Both the position numbers and the translations under genes were made by a program. Positions 1-7,202 of a stretch of DNA of 32,000 nt are shown here, piece after piece. Each line of letters begins with the position of its first letter. Position 1 is the first letter of the stretch. The stretch is from Propionibacterium freudenreichii subsp. freudenreichii (GTDB lineage Bacteria > Actinomycetota > Actinomycetes > Propionibacteriales > Propionibacteriaceae): positions 330,001 to 362,000 of the forward strand of contig NZ_CP010341.1 of NCBI RefSeq assembly GCF_000940845.1, in the 5' to 3' direction. A model generated the notes under the pieces. That model was not told the origin of the DNA. It saw only the letters and a program-made list of their open reading frames with translations, and searched no databases.

Positions 1-88
1 ACCTGTCGAAGGCGTTTCGGCAGGCCTGGATTGTGGCCGCTGAGTCATCGGCCTTGGACTCCCACATGGCTCTGTAGAGCAGGCTCAT
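1..88 (-). CDS. hypothetical protein, N-terminal 29 codons only (continues past window start)
   Basis: Minus-strand ATG at 88-86 with AAGGAG 6 nt upstream. The frame is open to position 1 (MSLLYRAMWESKADDSAATIQACRNAFDR...). No family recognised, and it is too short to assess codon bias. Confidence 0.3.
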   Translation of the reverse strand, partial: MSLLYRAMWESKADDSAATIQACRNAFDR

Positions 89-121
89 CTCGGTCTCCTT
101 GTCAGTGAGGACAGGTTATCC

Positions 122-1557
122 GGCTCTTCGCGATCCGGGGTGTAGCGGGGGGTTGAGTCTGGCTGGCGTGTCGGGGTGGGTGTGAGGGTCGGGGTCTTCC
201 GATGATGGGAGTTCCTACGCTGCCCATCTGAAAGACCCCGACGTGTCCCACGCTACCTTTGCTGCCCCCGATCTGACCACGTTCGCCCGCCTGGATGACC
301 TCGGCCTCGTGGTGGTGGGCCAGAGAGTCCTCCCGGATCGCTGCGAGGTGGCCTGCCGGGTGGTGGACGATGACCGGTGGTGTCGCGAGTGTGGGTGCGA
401 AGGGATCCCCCGCGACACCGTGGTCCGTCGCCTCGCCCACGAGCCCTCGGGCTGGAGACCGGTGACACTGGTGGTGCGAGTGCGTCGCTACCGCTGTTCG
501 GGGTGTGGGCGTGTGTGGAGGCAGGACACCACTGGGGCGGCCCAGCCGCGCTCGAAACTGTCCCGGGGCGGACTGCGTTGGGCCCGTGGCGGGCATCGTC
601 GTCCAACACCTCACCGTCGCCCGGGTCGCTGAGGGTCTGGGCGTGTCCTGGGACTGCGCCAACACCTCCGTCCTGGAGGAGGGACGCAGGGTCCTCATCA
701 ACGATGAGCATCGCTTCGAGGGTGTGACCACGATCGGGGTGGACGAGCACGTGTGGCGGCACACGCGCAGGGGCGACAAGTTCGTCACCGTGATCATCGA
801 CCTCACCCCGCTGCGCGAGGGAAGGGGTCCTGCCAGGTTGTTGGACATGGTGGAGGGCCGCTCCAAGAAGGCCTTCAAGGAGTGGCTCAGCCAGCAAGAC
901 CCTGCGTGGCGCGACCGGATTGAGGTGGTCGCCATGGACGGCTTCACCGGGTTCAAGACCGCAGCGAAGGAAGAACTCCCCGACGCGGTGGAGGTCATGG
1001 ATCCCTTCCACGTCGTCCAGCTCGCCGGCGATGCCCTGGACCACTGCCGCCAGCGCGTCCAGCAAGACACCACCGGACATCGAGGCCGGTCCGGGGATCC
1101 CCTGTACGGGGTGCGCAAGACCCTGCACACCGGGATGGATCTCCTCACAGACAAGCAACGCACCCGCCTGGAGGGCGTCTTCGCCCAGGACGCTCACGTC
1201 GGGGTGGAAGCCACCTGGGGCATCTACCAGAAGATCGTGGCCGCCTACCGCGATCCCGACCCCAAGGCCGGGCGAGCCCAGCTGGCCCACGTCATCGAGG
1301 TCATCAGCCGCGGCGTTCCCGCCGCCCTCGCTGAGATCATCACCCTGGGGCGCACCCTCAAGCGGCGCGCCACAGACGTCCTGGCCTACTTCGAGCGCCC
1401 CCACACCTCCAACGGCCCGACAGAAGCCCTCAATGGCCGACTGGAACACCTGCGCGGCTCAGCCTTGGGCTTCCGAAACCTGACGAACTACATTGCCCGC
1501 AGTCTCCTCGAGGCCGGAGGATTCAGACCCCAACTACACCCTCAATCGTGAAGAGCC
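122..1557 (+). mobile_element. ISL3-family insertion sequence (1,436 bp) with 8-bp target-site duplication GGTTATCC
   Basis: Imperfect terminal inverted repeats begin GGCTCTTC: 122 onward GGCTCTTCGCGATCCGGGGTGTAG, versus the reverse complement of the right end GGCTCTTCACGATTGAGGGTGTAG. Identical GGTTATCC lies at 114-121 and 1558-1565. The element encloses ISL3 transposase coding sequence. ISL3 elements are known to make 8-bp duplications. Confidence 0.85.
243..1551 (+). pseudogene. ISL3-family transposase, frame broken by a 1-nt frameshift near 581-590
   Basis: The N-terminal zinc-finger part (..WCRECGC..RRYRCSGCGRVWRQD..KLSRGGLRWA) is in the frame of ORF 243..632. The DDE part (GIVVQHLTVARVAEGL..GVDEHVWRH..VAMDGFTGFKTA..NGPTEALNGRLEHLRG) is in the frame of ORF 505..1551. 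Deleting one C from the CCC at 583-585 would read LRWAVAGIVVQHL continuously, giving about 436 aa. Confidence 0.8.
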
Positions 1558-1651
1558 GGTTATCCAAGCGCTCTGACAAATGAGTGGCGCCTGGGCGAGA
1601 AACGGTCCCTTGCGACGGTTCCCGCTGTCGGGCAGATCCTTGCGCCCGGGA

Positions 1652-1945
1652 GCTGGTTCATCCAGCGTCCACCAAACGCCATGGTGGGGCCTCGAGGTGC
1701 GGGATCAGAGGGTAGGTGTGGATAAAGCACCGTCTTCGGTGCTTTATCCACACCTATCTTTCGTTTTCACTGGGATGGGGCCGGGTCGGGCCCTGGGTGG
1801 GCAGTTGTGCGGCGTCATCGCCGCACAAGCGTCCACTTCATGCCCGGATCGGGCCGTCCCCCAAGATGGGGAGGACCTTTGCAGGTTAGACGACGTAAAA
1901 GTCCTCCCCATGACGCGCGGCCTGGGCCTTGCACCAGGGAGCACC
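1652..1945 (+). repeat. composite structured repeat, copy 1 (hairpin module A + inner hairpin + 36-nt module B)
   Basis: About 90% identical by eye to 5808-6082. It contains a 20-bp perfect-stem hairpin (1713-1732 / 1737-1756, loop TCTT) followed by TCTTTCGTTTTC. A 10-bp hairpin TTGTGCGGCG-TCAT-CGCCGCACAA lies near 1805-1828. The 36-nt core GAGGACCTTTGCAGGTTAGACGACGTAAAAGTCCTC is at 1871-1906. Confidence 0.8.
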
Positions 1946-2366
1946 CGGACATTGCCGTCCGGCGATGCCTTGAAGGCTGCTTCCGACCGGTGGTGCAGCA
2001 TGCACCATGAGGCCAGATCGGCCGTGGTCGCAGGTCGCACGGATCGAGGGGGGATCGTCGAAACCACTGACAGTCGGCCAATCCAGAGTTACCTTCTGAG
2101 GAGAGCATCTTCCAGCGCCGATGCCAAGCCGTGCCCTTGCCGTCGGATGACAAGCGATCGTAGGAGAAGACGTCATGGCGAAGGATCCTGTCCGGAGACG
2201 CTTCTGGCTGCTCGTGGCAAGCACGGCGGTCCTCGCGTCCATTGCGATTCTTATCCGAACCCTGGGACATGACACCGAGGGCAGGGCTCTCGGTATCTGG
2301 TTTGAATTGGCAGTATTGCTGTTCGTTGTGCTGGTTCCCACGATCCTGACCCTGGCCTGCGCAGGG

Positions 2367-3845
2367 GTAACTGTTCAGGTGGTGGCTGGGGTCCAGGCCT
2401 GTCCGTTGAACAGGTCGACGAGGACCTGGTAGGTGTTGCAGGCCTGCTTGGTGGCGGTGGACAGGTAGGAGCGCAGCCGGAGGAAGCCCTCGGCGCCGGT
2501 CAGAGTGCGGTGGCATCCCGAGACCTTCTGATGCACCTTGACCATGCGGATCTCGCGTTCAGCGGCGTTGTTGTCGGGTGCCAGGCCCGGTGTGGTGGCG
2601 AAGCGCAGGTAGTCGTCGATCCGGGCACTGATCCGCCGGGCCAGGGCGCGGTGCTTCGCCCCGACCTTCCCGGGCACTCCCGAATCCGCACCCAGTCGTG
2701 CTGCGTCGACGATGAGACGCCGCCCGGCCTCCAGCAGTCCGGGGTCGGCCTGTCCTGCGGCGGCGTGGGGATCGCGGATCAGCGGCAGGAGGGCGTCGAG
2801 GACCTGGCGGGCCCAGCAGAACGCCCCGGGCGGGTCGTGGGCGTCGTGGTGGTCGGCCACCGCGACCAGTTCGCGGATCAGGTGGGCGCAGCACAGTTGG
2901 TGGTCCACGTGCTCGTAGGTGTCGTAGGGGGCCCACGCGTCATGGACCAGCACACCGGTGCAGCCGGGCAGGATGCCGGCGGCATCCATCCCCGCCCGGC
3001 CCCGCCGCCGGTGCACACTGATATGCGAGTACTGACCGGTGGAGGCCGAGTGGACCCAGTGCAGCTTCCCAGCGACCCGCAGCCCGGTCTCATCGGCGTG
3101 GACGACAGGGGATGCGGCGATCCGGCCCGCCACCTGGCCGGTGAAGGCGTCCAGGGGCTCACCGCCCGCCTGTTCGACGGCGGCGGCCACCGCCCCGGTC
3201 GACACGGGCATCCCCAGCAGGTCGGCCATGGTCACCGCGACCCGCCTGATCGGTATGTACTGGCCGGCGGCCAGGTAGACCATCGCCGCACGGGCCGCCG
3301 GCCCGTAGGAGACCGGCGCGGCCACCCCGGCCGGAGCCGTCCCCGCCGTCAGGTGCCCGCAGGCGCACCGGCGGGTGAGGATCTGGTGCTCGGTCACCAC
3401 CGCGCGCACCTGGGGCAGGTCGACCACCTGCCGGGCCACCACACCCACGTCGCAGCACTCGTCCAGGACCCCGCCGCAGGCCGGGCACCGGTCCGGGGCG
3501 TGGGTCACGATGTGATCGGGATGATCGACCTGGCGCAGGGCCGCACCCGGATGGCCGGGCTGGCCGCCCGGGTGCCGTTCTGAGGGGCGCCGCAAGGATT
3601 TCGGGGCCGGCTTGGCCAACCCGTCTGCCGAGGGTGGCTTCGACGAGTTGCGCGAGGTCGACCCGAGTTGGCGTTCCAACTCAGCGATCTGGGCCGCCTG
3701 GGCGGCCACCAGCCCGACCAGCTCGTCATAGGTGGGTTTACGCGACCGCGGCATGCCCCGAATACTCCACCTCCAGCCCCCGGACCAGCGACGCGACACG
3801 CCGCACACCCCGCCAGACCCCCGAACCCACCAGCTGAACAGTTAC
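2367..3845 (-). mobile_element. IS66-family insertion sequence (1,479 bp, single-ORF type) with 8-bp target duplication GCGCAGGG
   Basis: Terminal inverted repeats are GTAACTGTTCAG(G/C)TGGTGG at 2367 onward and, as reverse complement, at the end at 3845. GCGCAGGG occurs at 2359-2366 and 3846-3853. There is no room for tnpA/tnpB accessory ORFs. Confidence 0.85.
2375..3754 (-). CDS. IS66-family transposase
   Basis: The N-terminus MPRSRKPTYDELVGLVAAQAAQIAELERQLGSTSRNSSKPPSADG is a typical IS66 leucine-zipper/NSS-PPS motif. A Cys-rich zinc finger (CPACGG..RRCACG) and a DDE region (HADETGLRV..VLVHDAWAPY..CCAHLIREL) follow. The start is taken at the internal ATG (3754) rather than at 3808. Confidence 0.85.
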   Translation of the reverse strand: MPRSRKPTYDELVGLVAAQAAQIAELERQLGSTSRNSSKPPSADGLAKPAPKSLRRPSERHPGGQPGHPGAALRQVDHPDHIVTHAPDRCPACGGVLDECCDVGVVARQVVDLPQVRAVVTEHQILTRRCACGHLTAGTAPAGVAAPVSYGPAARAAMVYLAAGQYIPIRRVAVTMADLLGMPVSTGAVAAAVEQAGGEPLDAFTGQVAGRIAASPVVHADETGLRVAGKLHWVHSASTGQYSHISVHRRRGRAGMDAAGILPGCTGVLVHDAWAPYDTYEHVDHQLCCAHLIRELVAVADHHDAHDPPGAFCWARQVLDALLPLIRDPHAAAGQADPGLLEAGRRLIVDAARLGADSGVPGKVGAKHRALARRISARIDDYLRFATTPGLAPDNNAAEREIRMVKVHQKVSGCHRTLTGAEGFLRLRSYLSTATKQACNTYQVLVDLFNGQAWTPATT

Positions 3846-4140
3846 GCGCAGGGAAGGCGAATCAACGCCTGTACAGGACTCTCATAACGGTCTCGTGCTG
3901 CCTGTTTCTGGCCTCGACCTCCCTGTTCCGCCAATCGGGCATCGCCTGGCTCTCGGTGCCGGATGTCATTGACTCGGTCCTGATGTTCGCCGGGATGTGG
4001 GCATACCTGGCCGGTTGGAGACTCAGCGACTCAATGAAGAAGAGGGTTGAGTATCTCGGAGCCCGATAAGGGGTCCGGCGATTCCTGATCCCGGAAGCGG
4101 GTGAGCTTGCGGTCTCAGTGTGCGGGGCACCGCTGAAGGA

Positions 4141-4194
4141 CCCTGCGACCGAACTGCGCACCGACCACTCGTCCACACACAGCTGGAGCGGGCG
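4141..4194. repeat. att-like direct repeat R1 (partner of 6123-6176), ending in an 11-nt copy of the tRNA-Gly 3' end
   Basis: The 54 nt CCCTGCGACCGAACTGCGCACCGACCACTCGTCCACACACAGCTGGAGCGGGCG match 6123-6176 with about 6 mismatches. Its last 11 nt (4184-4194, TGGAGCGGGCG) equal the complement of the tRNA-Gly acceptor 3' strand, discriminator and CCA. Confidence 0.75.
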
Positions 4195-4199
4195 CACTC

Positions 4200-4633
4200 A
4201 TGCCGGAGCTCTGGTCAGGAGAGGCCCGAGGCCTGACGTGGGATCGCGCCGATCGCGCCAAAGGGACGATCATCATTGACCGGCAGCTTCAGCCCATCAT
4301 GCCGGATGCTGCGCTGATGTCCGGCTGCAAGGTCATTTGCCCGGAAGGCAGTCATTGGCTCGTGGCGCCGCCCATGAGGGTCCATGATCTGCGGGCATGG
4401 TGTGGATTCCAGTCCGGCGCTGGGGTCCACCAGGAGGATCGAAGCTTCTGCGTCTTCCACGAAGCGCGTCACTCGAATGTGTCGTTGCTGCTCGCTGCAA
4501 GAGTCCGGAGTCAGTGATCAGTGCGATCGTCGAGCATGCAAGCTTCGCGGCGACCGAGCAGTTTGCCCGCACCGACCTCGACGCGGCACGCGTCCCCCAG
4601 GAAGGTGCAGGACAGCCTCGTGCTGGAGCTTGA
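4200..4633 (+). pseudogene. tyrosine recombinase (phage-type integrase) remnant: C-terminal half only, frameshifted
   Basis: The frame of ORF 4200..4517 gives SGEARGLTWDRADRAKGTIIIDRQLQ (an integrase-like 'R..L.W.D.D...G.I.I' box) and RVHDLRAW (HDLR box). The frame of ORF 4397..4633 gives ESVISAIVEHASFAATEQFARTD, which resembles the LGHAS..TT..YAH box with F at the expected Tyr position. The N-terminal ~200 aa are absent, and the fragment starts directly at repeat R1. Confidence 0.55.
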
Positions 4634-4646
4634 TGGCTGAGCATGG

Positions 4647-4688
4647 AATGAGCCGCCGACCACAATGGCCGGCGGCTCATTTTGTTTC
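4647..4688 (+). terminator. intrinsic terminator
   Basis: A 12-bp stem AATGAGCCGCCG / CGGCGGCTCATT (4647-4658 / 4670-4681) with an 11-nt loop is followed by TTTGTTTC. It lies 14 nt after the integrase-remnant stop and immediately downstream of the convergent 4694..5374 gene. Confidence 0.7.
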
Positions 4689-4693
4689 AGCGA

Positions 4694-5374
4694 CTAGCCC
4701 ACCAACGAGACTGATGTCACCTTGAGGGTGGCCGTCTTCATGGCTTCCTGCTTGTCGGATGAGACGAACTGGAAGGCCTTCTGCTGAGTGGACTGCCCGG
4801 CAGCAAGGTCATTCGCATAGAGCGAATCGGTGGCAACCTGCGAGCCGTCGGCGGCATTGGCGGCGATCGTGATCGAGTACGAGTGTTGCTTATCGGTGAT
4901 GTTCTTCACGGTGACCGGAACCTGGGTGGTAAAGCCGTCGGAGGCGACGGAGAAAGTGCCCATCGTGACGTTCACGGAGTTCTGGAGCAGCTGCTCCGTG
5001 TTCTCGCCGGTGAAGTCGCCCAGGCTGGCGCTCGCCGACGCGAGGGAGGAGCTGACGCTCTTCGCGGCGCCGTAGATCGTGGTGGTTGCGACGATGGCGA
5101 CGATGATCGCGGCGACTCCCAGGATGGTGGCTGCGATGGCTTTGCCGCCATGCTTCTTCACGATCCCGAGGATGCCGAACAGGAGCGCCAGGGCGCCACC
5201 GATGATCGCAACGGGCATGCCGATCACGGGGATGAAGGCGAAGACGACGGCAATGATGCCGAGCACGAGGCCCGCCGTGGACAGTCCGGTCTTCTTTGGC
5301 GGCTGCGGGGCGGCGTATTGCGGCGGGACCCCCTGCTGCGGAGGCGTCGGGGGGACAGATGGGTTGGTGCTCAT
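4694..5374 (-). CDS. membrane protein with Pro/Gln-rich N-terminus, two TM helices and an extracytoplasmic beta-rich domain (DUF4190-like / DUF4352-like)
   Basis: ATG at 5374 with AAGGAG 5 nt upstream. TM segments are GLVLGIIAVVFAFIPVIGMPVAIIGGALALLFGILGIV and AIAATILGVAAIIVAIVATTTIY. The C-terminal ~110 aa domain reads ..VPVTVKNITDKQHSYSITIAANAADGSQV... The domain names come from memory of similar actinobacterial proteins. GC looks lower than in the flanking core genes by eye. Confidence 0.75.
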   Translation of the reverse strand: MSTNPSVPPTPPQQGVPPQYAAPQPPKKTGLSTAGLVLGIIAVVFAFIPVIGMPVAIIGGALALLFGILGIVKKHGGKAIAATILGVAAIIVAIVATTTIYGAAKSVSSSLASASASLGDFTGENTEQLLQNSVNVTMGTFSVASDGFTTQVPVTVKNITDKQHSYSITIAANAADGSQVATDSLYANDLAAGQSTQQKAFQFVSSDKQEAMKTATLKVTSVSLVG

Positions 5375-5441
5375 GCGAGCTCCTTCAACGTGGTGAGTAC
5401 ATAGCTTGATGATGGGTAAGACATACTGCGCTCACAGAAAC

Positions 5442-5708
5442 TTAGCCCGCAGCGGGCCTCGCCGCAGGCATTCCATTGGATTCAATGCACAGCGCCTGCG
5501 AGCTCCCCTTTGTGAACAGTCTGTTCGCTGGGATGTAACTGGGATGGAAGTGGCCAAGCCGCCTCGCAAGCTTGCGATCGCCAACGCCGAGTTCGTCGGC
5601 TGCCTCGGACGGACTGGCGGTTCGCTGGAGGGTCCTCGCTACCGTCGCGAGCGGGATTAGGAGGCCTGCGACAGTCTGGTCGATCAGGCTCTCTTCGCGA
5701 TCGCACAT
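5442..5708 (-). CDS. possible excisionase-like (HTH_17/MerR-type) DNA-binding protein, may be degenerate
   Basis: The segment TASPSEAADELGVGDRKLARRLGHFHPSYIPANRLFTKG fits the excisionase pattern (S..EAA..LGV....L.R.....P...I...R.F). The start is taken at ATG 5708. No clear RBS, weak codon bias. Confidence 0.3.
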   Translation of the reverse strand: MCDREESLIDQTVAGLLIPLATVARTLQRTASPSEAADELGVGDRKLARRLGHFHPSYIPANRLFTKGSSQALCIESNGMPAARPAAG

Positions 5709-5807
5709 CCATGCAAGGGTCGTCCGCGTCTGGCATGCAGGATCTCGCGCGTACTCGGATCCCGCGTGCAATCAGGCGGTCGATGAGGACGACTTGAGCT
5801 GAGGTAC

Positions 5808-6082
5808 CAGCTGGTTCTGGGCCTGGAGGCCCGGGATCAGAAGATGGGTGCGGCTAAAGCACCGTCTTCGGTGCTTTAGCCGCACCCATCTTTCGTTTTC
5901 GCTGGGATGGGGCCGGATCAGGCCTTGGGCGGGCAGTTGTGCGGCGTCATTGCCGCACAAGCGTCCACTGAGTGCCCGGATCGTGGCCGTCACCCAAGAT
6001 GGAGAGGACCTTTGCAGGTTAGACGACGTAAAAGTCCTCCCCATGACGCGAGGTCTGGGCCTTGCGCCAGGTGGACATTGAT
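5808..6082 (+). repeat. composite structured repeat, copy 2
   Basis: Aligns with 1652-1945. It has a 24-bp perfect-stem hairpin (5841-5864 / 5869-5892, loop TCTT) followed by TCGTTTTC. The inner hairpin TTGTGCGGCG-TCAT-TGCCGCACAA has its closing pair changed to G-T. The 36-nt core lies at 6004-6039. Confidence 0.8.
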
Positions 6083-6122
6083 CCGCAACCATTCTCCGGG
6101 GGCACTCCTGGGCACCATGATT

Positions 6123-6176
6123 CCCTGCGACCGAACCGCGCACCGACCACTCGTTCAGGCATAGATGGAGCGGGCG
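6123..6176. repeat. att-like direct repeat R2 (partner of 4141-4194), overlapping the tRNA-Gly 3' end
   Basis: CCCTGCGACCGAACCGCGCACCGACCACTCGTTCAGGCATAGATGGAGCGGGCG. Positions 6166-6176 are the tRNA 3' end and 6123-6165 are the tRNA-downstream flank. Confidence 0.75.
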
Positions 6177-6239
6177 ACGGGAATCGAACCCGCGTGTCTA
6201 GCTTGGGAAGCTAGCGCTCTACCATTGAGCTACGCCCGC
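6166..6239 (-). tRNA. tRNA-Gly (anticodon CCC), CCA encoded
   Basis: The minus strand reads GCGGGCG-TA-GCTC-AATGGTA-GAGC-G-CTAGC-TTCCCAA-GCTAG-ACAC-GCGGG-TTCGATT-CCCGT-CGCCCGC-T-CCA. This is a full cloverleaf with a 7-bp acceptor stem, a TTCGATT T-loop, anticodon loop TT-CCC-AA and discriminator U, as expected for Gly. Confidence 0.95.
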
Positions 6240-6325
6240 ACAGCCTTACGGCTTCCAAGACATTAGCGCATCAGCGCGCTGCGATGAAGTCCACCGCACG
6301 GGCATCGCCCAGGTCGACGTCCGAC

Positions 6326-7018
6326 TCACTGGAAGCGCGGCAGGGGACCGTAGAACACGTCTGTCGGCAGCTCGGGTTGCGGCGCTGGAGCGCGCAGCGT
6401 GTCCCATTCGGCGAAGTAGTCGCGGCTGGACCCCAGCCTCAGCAGCACCACGCCCACCAGCGCACACGGGATCGCCGCCACGGCCCACCAGTTGAACAGC
6501 ACCCCGAGCAGTGATCCACCCAGGGCCCACCAGGACAAGGTGCGTGCGAAGCGATGCCCCGTCCACGCCTGGTAGGCGGTGACGCAGGGCAGGGCGACCA
6601 TCGCGGCCACCACCGCGGCCAACCCACAGGCGAGCAGGAGCGACCACATGCCACCCGGGCGCGGATGCAGCCATCCCGTCACCCACGATGCAGTATGGAA
6701 CTGCCCCTTGTGCATCGCCTGGAACCAGTACCAGGAGTAACCGGTTCCAGCGCACAGTGCCGACGCCCAGAAGGCCACTTGCGTGGCGACGATGCTGCGA
6801 CGCCGTACCGGCTCCCCGGTCCTCGGTGACACCGGCACGCCACCGGCATGCGGCGACAGCGGCGGCAGGGTGGCGATCGGCGTGGCCGGCGGAGTGCCGA
6901 AGCCCTGCGACCCGGATTCCGGATCCGCGTGTTCCGCCCCAGCGCTCGTCTCAGTCGTCGCAGTGGCGGGGCCCTCGCCCGACGCCGTGCGGCGCGGGGC
7001 GTCGTCGTGGGAACTCAT
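6326..7018 (-). CDS. hypothetical membrane protein (disordered Pro/Thr/Ala-rich N-terminus, about 4 TM helices)
   Basis: ATG at 7018 with GGAGG 5 nt upstream (the ORF track starts 4 codons earlier at a TTG). Third-position GC is strong. TM-like segments include VAFWASALCAGTGYSWYWF, MWSLLLACGLAAVVAAMVALPCV, LSWWALGGSLLGVLFNWWAV and AAIPCALVGVVLLRL. No family recognised. Confidence 0.7.
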   Translation of the reverse strand: MSSHDDAPRRTASGEGPATATTETSAGAEHADPESGSQGFGTPPATPIATLPPLSPHAGGVPVSPRTGEPVRRRSIVATQVAFWASALCAGTGYSWYWFQAMHKGQFHTASWVTGWLHPRPGGMWSLLLACGLAAVVAAMVALPCVTAYQAWTGHRFARTLSWWALGGSLLGVLFNWWAVAAIPCALVGVVLLRLGSSRDYFAEWDTLRAPAPQPELPTDVFYGPLPRFQ

Positions 7019-7202
7019 CGGCCCCTCCAAACTGGTGTGCTGCCGGCCACTGAATGCCCTGCCAGCCTAGCGTCCGCCAGCTGTGCGCCCGGTATGGAAA
7101 GTCCCGCCCGAACACGACCTGTGTGCGCCGACCACGGCAGGAGCCATCGCGCCACCGTGATGGTGCGCAATCACCCCCGCCATGGATCCCGGCGCCGGAC
7201 GG

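Larger units (their letters stand above)
2175..4069 (+). pseudogene. small (135-aa) four-TM membrane protein gene interrupted by IS66 (coding parts 2175-2366 and 3854-4069)
   Basis: ATG at 2175 with AGGAGA 7 nt upstream. The frame reads ..PTILTLACAG up to the IS66 boundary at 2366. After removing the IS and one copy of the 8-bp duplication, it continues in frame at 3854 (KANQRLYRTLITVSCCLFLAS...KKRVEYLGAR, stop at 4069). No family recognised. Confidence 0.7.

Noticed and set aside
1871-1906. Possible integron attC site. The 36-nt core contains GTTAGAC, which fits GTTRRRY, and its complement GTCTAAC fits RYYYAAC. Together with the repeat-flanked mrr, this could resemble a gene cassette.
   Set aside because: The 7-mer sits in the hairpin loop rather than as paired R'/R'' sites at the ends of an imperfect palindrome. 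No intI or attI is present, and a degenerate 7-mer match is expected by chance. It is kept only as a remote possibility under the Mrr-cassette finding.
1580-2272. ORFs at 1580..2272 (+) and 5848..6081 (+) share the peptide DGEDLCRLDDVKVLPMTRGLGLAPG, and 1744..2067 (-) and 5772..6143 (-) share PGARPRPRVMGRTFTSSNLQRSSPSW. This could suggest a duplicated small gene.
   Set aside because: The shared peptides simply reflect the repeated DNA element. Conservation is equal in all frames and highest in the hairpin cores. There is no RBS, and the frames end at different points in the two copies.
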